Assembly (NCBI GenBank): GCA_963700655.1
Contig: CAVOYJ010000002.1
Span: 11,212-75,211, forward strand
Direction: 5' to 3'
Source: an uncultured Actinomycetes bacterium
Lineage (GTDB): Bacteria > Actinomycetota > Thermoleophilia > Solirubrobacterales > Solirubrobacteraceae
DNA: 64,000 nt
The stretch's first letter is position 1; every line of letters starts with the position of its first letter. A program made the translations under genes and the position numbers. Below the pieces are notes generated by a model, which did not search any database, was not told where the DNA came from, and was given only the letters and a program-made list of their open reading frames with translations. Positions 9,002 to 18,325 of this stretch are shown piece by piece.

Positions 9002-9134
9002 GATTCCGCTCCTTGCCTTCCGCACGAGACGGCACCATGTCATCATTGGTTCAGCGGAGCATAAGTGCGCCACATGGGCCGCAGGCCGCAGGCCTGTTGA
9101 GGCAACAGAGCCACTCAGGCTTCAGAGCCCTGAA

Positions 9135-9169
9135 CCCCGCCGTCATGGGACACCAGCTCAACGGCGGGG
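9135..9169 (-). terminator. Candidate stem-loop terminator downstream of the DUF1269 gene
   Basis: CCCCGCCGT (9135-9143) pairs with ACGGCGGGG (9161-9169): 9-bp GC-rich stem, 17-nt loop, ~80 nt after the stop at 9247. No U-tract. Confidence 0.3.
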
Positions 9170-9246
9170 CGCGCATCGCGGGCGCTTCCATCCTGGCCCT
9201 GGGTCGGCGCCCCCATCGCTTCTTGCGGATGGTCCGTAACGGCAGT

Positions 9247-9756
9247 TCAGTCTGGACCGACCGCAGCCTCGCGGAGCTTGTTGCGGTCGATGTCCACGCT
9301 TCGGCGGACGATCCGCGTGGCGTTCGCGACGGCCTGCTCGACCTCGCCGGCGAACGCCTCCGACCCGATGGCGACGATCGCCGCCTCGCCCTCTTCGACT
9401 GCGGCGCCGAGCGCTGTCAGCTCCGGTCGCGACAGCCCGTGCCAGAGGTTTGCGGCAGCTGCTCCTATGAGGCCCGCTGCCGTGGCGCCGACCAGCATCC
9501 CGATGAGCGCCGGCGGGAACATCAGCCCGACGAGCGCTCCGATGATGATTCCGCCCTCCGCGCCACGCGAGAGCGCGCGCGCGTCGTGTCGCACCACGTC
9601 GATCTGACCGTTGCCCTTGTGCTGGACCAGCGCAGCGTCGTCGAGATGCAGCTCGTGTGCCGTCGCGAGATCCTCGACAGCCGCGAAGTCCTCGCGCGCA
9701 GCATCCAGGTCACGGTAAGCCGCGACAATTGCGAAGGTCGTTCCCGGCGTGGTCAT
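9247..9756 (-). CDS. DUF1269-family membrane protein
   Basis: 169 aa. An N-terminal soluble part (FAIVAAYRDLDAAREDFAAVEDL) is followed by a Gly-rich TM segment GGIIIGALVGLMFPPALIGMLVGATAAGLIGAAAA, the typical DUF1269 layout. Confidence 0.65.
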   Translation of the reverse strand: MTTPGTTFAIVAAYRDLDAAREDFAAVEDLATAHELHLDDAALVQHKGNGQIDVVRHDARALSRGAEGGIIIGALVGLMFPPALIGMLVGATAAGLIGAAAANLWHGLSRPELTALGAAVEEGEAAIVAIGSEAFAGEVEQAVANATRIVRRSVDIDRNKLREAAVGPD

Positions 9757-9814
9757 CGCTCGAACCCTACGCAGTCGGCTTCTGCTCTGTTGCTCAGTTG
9801 CCGGGCGGGCGGGA

Positions 9815-10942
9815 TCAGAGCCCGAACCAGCGCGCGCGGCGGCTGGAGCCGAACCGCTGCTTCTCGGCCACGAGGTCGACGGAGGGCGGGGTCAGCGACC
9901 CCGTCGGCGTCGGGCCCGACAGGAAGTCGACGTTGACGATGCCCACGCGCCCGTCGCCGAACTCGAGGTAGCACTGGCCGATGCCGTCGTAGGGCTCGGG
10001 GTCCGTCTCGCCGCGGATGCCTGCAACGATCTCGCGCGCCACGACGCGGCCCGCGCCCTCGGCGAAGACACCCGCTTTGGGAACGCCGACCGTGGCGACG
10101 TCGCCGATCGCGTACACGCCACCGATCCCCGTCCGCAGGGTGGCCGACTCGACCGGGACGTACCCGTCCTCGGCCAGGCCGCTCTCGAGCACGACCTGGG
10201 GCGCGCGGTGCCTCGGGACCCCGAGGAAGACGTCGTACGGCAGCACGCTCCCGTCGTCATAGGTCACGCGAGCGCCGTCGAGCCCGGTGGGTCGCACCCC
10301 CGGGACGAACCGGATGTCGCGCTCGGCGAACGCCTCGAGCAGCGCGGCAGAGGCGTCCGGCGACGGAGGCACCGGGCTCGGCAACGGGATCGTGAACGTG
10401 ATCGTGCTCCGCTCGCGGACCCCGCGATCGACGAGCAGTTCGTGCAGCATGAGCGCGCATTCGCTCGGCGCCGGCGGGCACTTGAACGGCGCGTCGCACA
10501 CACCGACGATGTAGTTCCCGGACTGCGCGTCGGCGAGCACGGAGGCCAGCCGCGCCGCACCGTCGACCGAGTAGAATTCCCCGCCGTGCTCGGCCAGCCC
10601 GGGCGTCGCGTCGAGGACATAGTCCGCGCCGAGCGCGATCACCAGCACGTCTCCCTCGTGCGTGCCCGCATCGGTGACGACACGACGCCGCTCGGGATCG
10701 ATCGAGGTGATCGTCTCACGCAGCAATCGCACACTCGGATGCGCGAACGAGGCATACGGGAGCCGCACCGCATCGAGCGTGGTGCGCCCGAACAGCACGT
10801 CGAGCTTCGCGTAGCCGAAGACGAACGCGTCGCCGCGATCGATCACCGTCACCTCGACCTCGTCCGGGACCTCCTCGGAGAGAACGGTGGCAAGCTCCAT
10901 GCCGCCGAACCCCGCGCCGAGCACCAGCACGCGCTTCACCAT
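9815..10942 (-). CDS. FAD-dependent pyridine nucleotide-disulfide oxidoreductase, sulfide:quinone-reductase/NDH-2-like
   Basis: 375 aa. N-terminal Rossmann VLVLGAGFGGME, a second dinucleotide region, the cysteine motif FKCPPAPSECA and GGVYAIGDVA near the C-terminus. Confidence 0.75.
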   Translation of the reverse strand: MVKRVLVLGAGFGGMELATVLSEEVPDEVEVTVIDRGDAFVFGYAKLDVLFGRTTLDAVRLPYASFAHPSVRLLRETITSIDPERRRVVTDAGTHEGDVLVIALGADYVLDATPGLAEHGGEFYSVDGAARLASVLADAQSGNYIVGVCDAPFKCPPAPSECALMLHELLVDRGVRERSTITFTIPLPSPVPPSPDASAALLEAFAERDIRFVPGVRPTGLDGARVTYDDGSVLPYDVFLGVPRHRAPQVVLESGLAEDGYVPVESATLRTGIGGVYAIGDVATVGVPKAGVFAEGAGRVVAREIVAGIRGETDPEPYDGIGQCYLEFGDGRVGIVNVDFLSGPTPTGSLTPPSVDLVAEKQRFGSSRRARWFGL

Positions 10943-11065
10943 GGCGTGACGCTACCCGAGCGCGCCGTCGCCCACCAGACCCCGACGACCCGCTCGCTCC
11001 GCCCCACCCGCAACGGACGAGGCGGCAGCGCGGCATCTGCGGGCTTCGACAAGACCGCCGACGTC

Positions 11066-11248
11066 CTACCGCTGCTGGGGACCGTCTGGTGCCGGCCGTG
11101 CGTCACCAGCTGCGTGACGAGCGTCAATGTCCGATGGCGGCCAGGGGCGTGGATCGCAGCACTTCACGGGCAGGTCCCTGTCTCGCGTGACGTGGCTGAG
11201 GACGAGGACCACGACGATCAGCAGGCCGAGGATGAGGAGCGTGAGCAT
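11066..11248 (-). CDS. Possible small membrane protein (60 aa)
   Basis: The ORF begins 9 nt after the csoR stop. N-terminal TM MLTLLILGLLIVVVLVLS. No clear SD and no family recognised. Confidence 0.3.
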   Translation of the reverse strand: MLTLLILGLLIVVVLVLSHVTRDRDLPVKCCDPRPWPPSDIDARHAAGDARPAPDGPQQR

Positions 11249-11257
11249 CAGGTCTGC

Positions 11258-11557
11258 TCAGCCGCGGCGCATGAGCCGGCCGACGGCAGCCATGACCTCA
11301 TCGGTCATCTCCACCGGAGTGCCTTCCCCGTGCCCGTCGATCACGCAGTGGCGCACGTGCCCGTCGAGCAGACCCAGGGCGACCTTGTCGAGTGCCGCCT
11401 GGATCGCGGAGATCTGCGTGAGGATGTCGACGCAGTAGCGGTCCTCTTCGACCATCTTCTCGATGCCTCGGACCTGGCCTTCGATGCGCCGCAGGCGCGT
11501 GCCGATCTGGTCCTTGCTGGCGGTGTAGCCCCGCGGGGCGCTGGTCTGAGTGGCCAT
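11258..11557 (-). CDS. csoR: CsoR-family copper-sensing transcriptional repressor
   Basis: 99 aa. RLRRIEGQVRGIEKMVEEDRYCVDILTQISAIQAALDKVALGLLDGHVRHCV carries the C...H-x3-C ligand set of Cu(I)-sensing CsoR. It is divergent from copZ-copA. Confidence 0.9.
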   Translation of the reverse strand: MATQTSAPRGYTASKDQIGTRLRRIEGQVRGIEKMVEEDRYCVDILTQISAIQAALDKVALGLLDGHVRHCVIDGHGEGTPVEMTDEVMAAVGRLMRRG

Positions 11558-11566
11558 GCGCGAAGT

Positions 11567-11583
11567 GTACCCCCTCCCGGTAT
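11567..11583. promoter_or_regulatory. CsoR-type operator-like site GTACCCCCTCCCGGTAT
   Basis: Imperfect TACC-N7-GGTA palindrome with a C/G tract, 10 nt upstream of the csoR start. Confidence 0.5.
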
Positions 11584-11636
11584 CGGAACATCCGTGGTCT
11601 CCTCCGCGGGTCTGCGGGGAAACTCAGATTGCTCTA

Positions 11637-11653
11637 ATACCCCCTAAGGGTAT
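11637..11653. promoter_or_regulatory. CsoR operator ATACCCCCTAAGGGTAT
   Basis: Perfect ATACCC-N5-GGGTAT palindrome 29 nt upstream of the copZ ATG. It matches the actinobacterial CsoR box form TACCC-N-GGGTA known from the literature. Confidence 0.7.
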
Positions 11654-11681
11654 GCTACGTTTGATCGCGAAAGGAACACCG

Positions 11682-11900
11682 ATGCCGAACCAACCGACCA
11701 CCTCCCAGCTCACGTTTTCCGTTCCCGGCGTCAGCTGTGGCCATTGCCGCACCGCCATCGCCGCCGAAGTCGAGAAGCTCGCCGGCGTCACGGCCGTTGA
11801 GGTCGATCTGGACGCCAAGCGCGTCACCGTCTCCGGCGACGGCCTTGACGGCGCGGCGATCGTGGATGCGATCGATGAAGCCGGATACGACGTCGCCTAG
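11682..11900 (+). CDS. copZ: Copper chaperone, heavy-metal-associated domain
   Basis: 72 aa from the ATG at 11682, preceded by AAAGGAA. Metal site VSCGHCRTAI (CxxC), HMA fold text ...VTAVEVDLDAKRVTV. Confidence 0.85.
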   Translation: MPNQPTTSQLTFSVPGVSCGHCRTAIAAEVEKLAGVTAVEVDLDAKRVTVSGDGLDGAAIVDAIDEAGYDVA

Positions 11901-11939
11901 ACCCGATTCTCCGCCCCATCTGACCGCCCCGGATCCATC

Positions 11940-14264
11940 ATGACCACCACCGGCCACACCGAGCACGTCGACCTCCCGATCACCGGGATGACGTGCGCCT
12001 CATGCGCGAACCGGATCGAGCGCAGGCTGAACAAGCTGGAGGGCGTCACGGCGACGGTGAACTTCGCAACGGAGAAGGCCGCGGTCGATTTCGACCGGCA
12101 GACCGCGGCGCCCGAGGACCTGCTCGGCGCCGTGCAGGCCGCCGGGTACCAGGCCAGGATGCCGCCGGCGCCGGGTGAGGACCATGGCGCTCACGAGCAT
12201 CACGACCTCTCAGCCGACGAGACCGCGGCGCTGCGCCGGCGGCTGATCATCTCCGCCGTGCTGTCGCTGCCGGTGCTGCTGATGGCGATGGTCCCGGCGC
12301 TCCAGTTCGACAACTGGCAGTGGCTGAGCCTCACGCTCGCCAGCCCGGTCGTGGTGTGGGGCGCGTGGCCGTTCCACAAGGCCGCCTTCGAGAACGCCCG
12401 GCACGGCGCGGCGACGATGGACACCCTGATCTCCGTCGGCGTGCTCGCCGCCTGGCTGTGGTCGCTCTACGCGCTGTTCCTCGGCGAGGCCGGCATGCCC
12501 GGCATGCGGATGCCGTTCGAGCTGATCCCCGAGCGCGGCGCGGGGATGGACGCCATCTACTTCGAGGTCGCGTCCGTCGTCACGACGCTGATCCTGCTCG
12601 GGCGCTACTTCGAGGCTCGTGCCAAGCGCAACGCCGGAGCCGCACTGAAGGCGCTCCTGGAGCTCGGCGCCAAAGACGTCAGCGTCGTCGACGACGACGG
12701 CCGCGAGCACCGTATCCCCGTCGAGCAGCTCGCCGTCGGGCAGCTCTTCGTCGTGCGCCCGGGCGAGAAGGTCGCCACGGACGGCGTCGTCGAGGAGGGC
12801 GCCTCCGCCATCGACATGAGCATGCTCACCGGCGAGTCGGTCCCCGTCGAGGTCTCCCCCGGATCGGAGGTCGCCGGAGCGACGGTGAACGCCGGCGGGC
12901 GCCTGATCGTGCGCGCGACCCGGGTCGGCGCGGACACCGCGCTCGCCCAGATCGCCAAGCTCGTCGAGGACGCTCAGACCGGAAAGGCACCCGTTCAGCG
13001 ACTCGCCGATCGCGTGTCGGGCATCTTCGTCCCGATCGTTCTCGGCCTCGCAGTCGCGACGCTCGCCTACTGGCTGGCCGCGGGCGAGGGCACCGCCTTC
13101 GCGTTCACCGCTGCGGTCTCGGTGCTCATCATCGCCTGCCCCTGCGCCCTGGGCCTCGCCACGCCGACCGCGCTGATGGTCGGCACCGGCCGCGGCGCGC
13201 AGCTCGGCCTGCTGATCAAGGGGCCCGAGGTCCTGGAATCGACACGCAAGGTCGACACGATCGTCCTCGACAAGACCGGCACCGTCACCACCGGCAAGAT
13301 GAGCCTCCTCGACGTCGCGCTCACCCCGGGCACCAGCCGCGAGGACGCCCTCAGGCTCGTCGGGGCGGTCGAGCACGCCTCCGAGCACCCGATCGCGCAG
13401 GCGATCGCTCGCGCCGGCGAGAGCGAGACCGGACCGCTGCCCGCGGTGGACGGCTTCGCCAACCGCGAGGGCCTCGGCGTTGAAGGCGTCGTCGACGGAC
13501 ATGCGCTGGTCGTCGGCCGCCCGTCGCTGCTCGCTGACTGGGCGATGGCCCTCACGCCGCAGCTCGACGCCGCGCGGCTGGCCGCGCAGGCCAAGGGTCA
13601 GACAGCGATCGCGGCGGCGTGGGACGGTGAGGCCCGCGCGATCTTCATCGTCGCTGACACCGTCAAGCCGACCTCCGCTGCGGCGATCGCCGAACTCAAG
13701 GAACTCGGACTGCGTCCGGTGCTGCTCACCGGCGACAACGAGATGACCGCCCGCGCCGTCGCAGCCGACGTCGGCATCGACGAGGTCATCGCCGACGTGC
13801 TGCCCGCCGACAAGGTCGATGTCGTCAAACGCCTTCAGGCCCAGGGCCGCGTCGTCGCCATGGTCGGCGACGGCGTCAACGACGCGCCCGCCCTGGCGCA
13901 GGCCGACCTCGGCCTGGCGATCGGAACCGGCACCGACGTCGCGATCGAAGCGAGCGACCTGACGCTCGTCAGCGGCGACCTGCGCGCCGCCGGCGACGCG
14001 ATCCGTCTCTCCAGGGCGACGCTGCGCACGATCAAGCAGAACCTCGGCTGGGCCTTCGGCTACAACATCGCCGCGCTGCCATTGGCGGCGATGGGACTGC
14101 TCAACCCGATCATCGCCGGAGCGGCGATGGCGTTCTCCAGCGTGTCGGTCGTCTTCAACGCACTGCGGCTGCGGCGCTTTCGCTCAACACGCAGCGGCAG
14201 CGGTCCCGCCGCCACCGCTGTGCCAGTTGGCGAGATGCCCGAGCCGGCGTCCTCCCTGCGGTGA
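11940..14264 (+). CDS. copA: Copper-translocating P1B-type ATPase
   Basis: 774 aa. N-terminal HMA GMTCASCANRIE, TM CPC motif IIACPCALGLATP, phosphorylation site DKTGTVT, hinge GDGVNDAPAL. Confidence 0.95.
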   Translation: MTTTGHTEHVDLPITGMTCASCANRIERRLNKLEGVTATVNFATEKAAVDFDRQTAAPEDLLGAVQAAGYQARMPPAPGEDHGAHEHHDLSADETAALRRRLIISAVLSLPVLLMAMVPALQFDNWQWLSLTLASPVVVWGAWPFHKAAFENARHGAATMDTLISVGVLAAWLWSLYALFLGEAGMPGMRMPFELIPERGAGMDAIYFEVASVVTTLILLGRYFEARAKRNAGAALKALLELGAKDVSVVDDDGREHRIPVEQLAVGQLFVVRPGEKVATDGVVEEGASAIDMSMLTGESVPVEVSPGSEVAGATVNAGGRLIVRATRVGADTALAQIAKLVEDAQTGKAPVQRLADRVSGIFVPIVLGLAVATLAYWLAAGEGTAFAFTAAVSVLIIACPCALGLATPTALMVGTGRGAQLGLLIKGPEVLESTRKVDTIVLDKTGTVTTGKMSLLDVALTPGTSREDALRLVGAVEHASEHPIAQAIARAGESETGPLPAVDGFANREGLGVEGVVDGHALVVGRPSLLADWAMALTPQLDAARLAAQAKGQTAIAAAWDGEARAIFIVADTVKPTSAAAIAELKELGLRPVLLTGDNEMTARAVAADVGIDEVIADVLPADKVDVVKRLQAQGRVVAMVGDGVNDAPALAQADLGLAIGTGTDVAIEASDLTLVSGDLRAAGDAIRLSRATLRTIKQNLGWAFGYNIAALPLAAMGLLNPIIAGAAMAFSSVSVVFNALRLRRFRSTRSGSGPAATAVPVGEMPEPASSLR

Positions 14265-14290
14265 CGCGCAGCCGCCCGCCCTCCCGACGC

Positions 14291-14914
14291 TCACATGCCG
14301 TGATCGGTGCCGTGGCTTTCCATCTGCGGGTCCATGTCCTCATCGGCTGCCGGCACGCCGCCAGATGGGGACTCAGCCCCGTACCAGCTCACGCGCCAGG
14401 AGTTCATCTGCTCGATCTCCTTGGATTGCGCCGCGATGACAGCCTGCGCCAGCTTGCGCAGCTGCGGGTCGCGCCCGTCGGCGAGCTCCGCGCGCGCCAT
14501 GCGGATCGCGCCCTGATGATGCGGGACCATCATGTCAATGAGCATGCGCTCCAATGGCGTGGCCGTCATGAGCATCGTGTTGTCCATGTCCATGCCCATC
14601 ATCGCGTCCGACAGCCCCAAGTCGCCGGCCTGGACATCCTTCGCGGCAAGCTTCTGATCAGCCGCGTTCAGCTGAGCGATCTCCTGCTTCTGGGCAGTGA
14701 TGATGTTGTCGGCGAGCGCCTTGATCTGCGGGCGGGTCGCGCGGTCCCGCGCGACCGTAGCCATGTCAATCGCCATTTTGTGGTGATCGACCATCTCCGT
14801 CGCGAACGCTCGGTCGGTGCCGTTCGGCTCACCGGTTGAGCTCGACGACGAATCGCTGCCGCCGCAGGCGCTGAGAACCAGGCTCGCGAGGGCAACCACG
14901 CCCCTACACGCCAC
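14291..14914 (-). CDS. DUF305-family lipoprotein (copper-resistance associated)
   Basis: 207 aa. Lipobox LVLSAC, two DUF305 half-domains (FATEMVDHHKMAIDM and MLIDMMVPHHQGAIRMA), and a Met/His/Asp-rich C-terminus. Confidence 0.8.
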   Translation of the reverse strand: MACRGVVALASLVLSACGGSDSSSSSTGEPNGTDRAFATEMVDHHKMAIDMATVARDRATRPQIKALADNIITAQKQEIAQLNAADQKLAAKDVQAGDLGLSDAMMGMDMDNTMLMTATPLERMLIDMMVPHHQGAIRMARAELADGRDPQLRKLAQAVIAAQSKEIEQMNSWRVSWYGAESPSGGVPAADEDMDPQMESHGTDHGM

Positions 14915-15101
14915 CGCCGCACGGCGTGACAGATCGCCAGGAACACGGCCTCCACCTGCAACCCGTAGGTCAGCCCAGCTGCGCTCAGCCGGGTCGGGAG
15001 CACTCGCTGGTCGCGAGCACGGAGCGGTCTCGTGGCGCGGGGTCGGCTGGTGGAGTACGTTGCGCGGAGGGTCATGGCGTCGCTATCGAGGAGGACTCGT
15101 G

Positions 15102-16373
15102 ATGAGCACAACCGGTCGCGATAGAGCGGCGCTCGATGAGGTGCGGGTCGCAGATCGCGAGCACTTCCAGGACGGGCCGCCGCATGAGTTGTTCCGGCAG
15201 TTGCGCTCGGAGTGCCCGGTGCACTGGTCTGACGGCATCTCCGAATTCCCTGGTGAGGATGGCTTCTGGTCGGTGACGACGGCCGACGATGTGCTGGAGG
15301 TCAGCCGTGACTGGCAGACCTACTCCTCGGAGGTCGGCGGGTTCACGGCGCTGAAGAACGCGATCCTGCCGCTCGAGCTGCAGCAGGCGATGTTCATCGG
15401 GATGGACCCGCCGAAGCACGACCGCATCAAGGCGCTCTTCCAGCGCGGGTTCACGCCGAAGCGGATCGCCGAGCACGAGAGCGAGATCCGCGCGATCACG
15501 ACCGACGTGCTCGACCGGCTCGAGGGACGAGCGACGTGTGACCTCGTCACCGACGTTGCCCAACCGGTCGTGGCGCGGGTGATCGGCAGCTTCATGGGGC
15601 TCACGCCCGAGGACGACGAGGTCTGGGCGAACCTCATGAACACGATCCTCGGGGCCGGTGACCCGGACGCGACGCCCGAGGGCACGCAGGTCGTCATGGA
15701 ACGCGACGTGCCCGAGGTCTTCCGGCGCTGCGGTGAGCTGATCGCCGAACGCCGCGTCAACCCGACGGATGACCTCACCAGCGTGCTCGTGCACGCCGAG
15801 ATCGACGGTGAGCGGCTCGAGGAGCACGAGATCGTCATGGGGTTCTTCCTGCTCATGGCCGCCGGGAACGACAGCACCAAGGCGACGTACTGCAGCGGAA
15901 TGCGAGCGCTGATGGAACACCCCGACCAGCGCCGCCTCGTCCTGGATGACCCGTCGCTCGTCCCGGCGGCCGTCGAGGAGTCGCTGCGCATGTTCCCCGC
16001 CTTCGGCCACTTCGCCCGCACCGCGACCCACGACACCGAGCTGCACGGACAACCGATCCGCGAGGGCGACAAGGTCGTCATGTGGTACCCCTCATCCAAC
16101 CGCGACGAGACGCGCTACGAGAATCCCGACCGCTTCGACGTCACCCGCAACCCGGAGCACCAAGCCTTCGGTGCGGGCGGCCGGCACTTCTGCCTGGGCA
16201 CCGCGCTCGCGCGCCTGGAACTGACGATCCTCATCGAGGAGACGCTCGCCAGATTCCCCGACATCGAGATCACCGAGCCCCCGCAGTACGTCGAGTCCCC
16301 GTTCGCCAACCAGCTCAAGACGCTCCCCGTCCGCCTGCGGCGCGGCGGACCCTCGGGCGACTACGTCGCGTAG
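15102..16373 (+). CDS. Cytochrome P450 monooxygenase
   Basis: ATG at 15102 after GAGGAG. I-helix LMAAGNDSTK, ExxR EESLR, heme loop FGAGGRHFCLG. Confidence 0.9.
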   Translation: MSTTGRDRAALDEVRVADREHFQDGPPHELFRQLRSECPVHWSDGISEFPGEDGFWSVTTADDVLEVSRDWQTYSSEVGGFTALKNAILPLELQQAMFIGMDPPKHDRIKALFQRGFTPKRIAEHESEIRAITTDVLDRLEGRATCDLVTDVAQPVVARVIGSFMGLTPEDDEVWANLMNTILGAGDPDATPEGTQVVMERDVPEVFRRCGELIAERRVNPTDDLTSVLVHAEIDGERLEEHEIVMGFFLLMAAGNDSTKATYCSGMRALMEHPDQRRLVLDDPSLVPAAVEESLRMFPAFGHFARTATHDTELHGQPIREGDKVVMWYPSSNRDETRYENPDRFDVTRNPEHQAFGAGGRHFCLGTALARLELTILIEETLARFPDIEITEPPQYVESPFANQLKTLPVRLRRGGPSGDYVA

Positions 16374-17164
16374 CGCTTCACGAAGGCGCGCACCGCGACC
16401 GACGGGGCGCCCGCCGGAACCGTGGTGGTGCCGCTCCCGACACAGTCGATGTACTTCGCGCGGATCGTGATCGACCGCGCGGTGGTCGAGGCGGTCGGTC
16501 GGAACTGGTACAGCTCGATCGGCAGCACGACCCAGTCGGTCCTCGCCGCCCCGCTCGTGAGGTACGGCGGCGTGAGCCGAAGCCCGGGATTGGCGTCCAG
16601 CGCTGCGTTTCCGTTGCGCGCGGTCGTGGGAGCGTCGGCCGAGATGACCACGTCGTCCTCGCGGACGATCTTGAGGTCGATGGCGCTGCTCTGGTCGTAC
16701 GTGCAGCCGCCGGGCCAGGTGATGCTCATGACGCCCGAGAGCTCGTCGAGGACACCGGGCGGCTGCGTCCAGGCGACGGTCATGATCGTGCCGGTCCCGC
16801 CGGTGCCCAGCGTGGTGGCGCCGATCGACTGGTTCACGACGAGCGCCGCTCCCGCAGCCCCGGCGGCGCCGGGCGCACCCGGAGCGCCCGGAGCGCCCAC
16901 CGGACCGGGCGGTCCCGCCGGTCCCTGGAGCCCCGCCAGCCCCGACTGACCCTGCGCGCCCGCTCCACCGGTGATGTCCGGCGCCAGGTCCGCCCGGCGG
17001 ACCGATCCGTCGCGGATCGCCGTCGACGTGACGCCGCCGACCGCGTGATGCCTGGCCTGGATCTGCCCGGACGCGACGTTCGACGCGCGGACCTGGTTCT
17101 TGCGCAACTGGACGGCCGCGACCGACGTACCGCCGAGGGCGATGAAGACGGCGATCGTCGACAT
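16361..17164 (-). CDS. Membrane-anchored collagen-like (GXY-repeat) protein
   Basis: ATG at 17162-17164. TM MSTIAVFIALGGTSVAAV, then 13 uninterrupted Gly-X-Y triplets (GGAGAQGQSGLAGLQGPAGPPGPVGAPGAPGAPGAAGAAG), then a ~150-aa C-terminal globular domain. Overlaps the P450 stop by 13 nt (convergent). Confidence 0.75.
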   Translation of the reverse strand: MSTIAVFIALGGTSVAAVQLRKNQVRASNVASGQIQARHHAVGGVTSTAIRDGSVRRADLAPDITGGAGAQGQSGLAGLQGPAGPPGPVGAPGAPGAPGAAGAAGAALVVNQSIGATTLGTGGTGTIMTVAWTQPPGVLDELSGVMSITWPGGCTYDQSSAIDLKIVREDDVVISADAPTTARNGNAALDANPGLRLTPPYLTSGAARTDWVVLPIELYQFRPTASTTARSITIRAKYIDCVGSGTTTVPAGAPSVAVRAFVKRYAT

Positions 17165-17446
17165 CACCCCCGAGTACGTCAGACGTGGCCTGGAACCCCT
17201 CGGAGACCGTCCTCGCATGAGCGGATCCTACGTGCCCGTCGCCCCGGCAGCTCGACACCGCAGCGGAGGAGGCGATCCGCACCGCGGAACCGATTCCCCA
17301 GCCGACGAGCCGACCGCGCGGACGACCGGCGCGTCCTGGTACTCGGTCCTGCGGGTCTCGAACCAGGGCGACGCCACCCGATGCTGCCTGCGAGAACAGC
17401 CGCGGGGTACCGGCGCGCATTCCCCCGGCAGGTACGCTCACGCACG

Positions 17447-18305
17447 ATGTCCTTCGCCCGCGAGCGCAACGCAGCCGGCTCGTTTCCGGACCTGCTCGCT
17501 CGCGAGCGGCAGGACTACGCCCTGCCCCCACGGCTGCACCAGCTCGCCGAGTCCCTGGTGCATCGCGTGCTCGAGCTGCTGTTCCCGCATTTCGCGGCTG
17601 AGGTGGGGCGAAGCACGGGCGACGTCTCCGAGGAGCTCGCCGCGCTGCGCGGGCTGCTCGTCGACACCCTGCGTCTCCCCGCCGCGCACTGCGCGGACCC
17701 CGACACGGTCGTCGACCACCTGCTCGCCGAGTTGCCGGCGATCCGCGCGTCGCTGCTGCTCGACGCCAGAGCGATCTTCGACGGCGATCCCGCCGCACAG
17801 TCCGTCGATGAGGTGATCCTCGCCTACCCCGGGTTCTTCGCGACCGCGGTGTACCGGATCGCATATGAGCTCCACGGGTCAGGCGTGCCGCTCGTCCCGC
17901 GCGTCCTGACGGAGATCGCCCACCGCGACACGGGTATCGACATCCACCCCGGCGCGCACATCGGCGGAGTCCTTCGCGATCGACCACGGCACGGGCATCG
18001 TCATCGGCGAGACGGCCGTCCTCGGCGCGCGCGTGAAGCTCTACCAGGGCGTCACCCTCGGCGCCCTCAGCGTCGAGAAGCGCATGGCGCGCACCAAACG
18101 CCACCCGACCATCGGTGACGACGTCGTGATCTACGCGAACGCGACGATCCTCGGCGGCGACACGATGATCGGGGACGGGAGCCGGATCGGCGGCAACGTG
18201 TGGCTGACGGAGAGCGTCGCGGCCCACTCGGTCGTCACCCCCACCGCGCGCGTCGAGCGCCAGGACGGCGCACCCGGCGACGAGGTCCTCGACTTCAACA
18301 TCTAG
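17447..18305 (+). pseudogene. cysE: Serine O-acetyltransferase, frame broken near 17963-17969
   Basis: The N-terminal helical domain through [13 protein letters not shown] is in one frame. The hexapeptide-repeat remainder ([32 protein letters not shown]...[16 protein letters not shown]) is in the frame of ORF 18033..18305. One extra base in ggcGgag explains the break. Confidence 0.8.
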
Positions 18306-18325
18306 GCAGCGAGATCGGAGACGCC

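Noticed and set aside
17219-17446. Possible sulfur/SAM-type riboswitch or T-box in the 228-nt region upstream of cysE.
   Set aside because: I could not find SAM-I, SAM-IV or T-box core sequences or a convincing multi-stem fold by eye. It is left unannotated.
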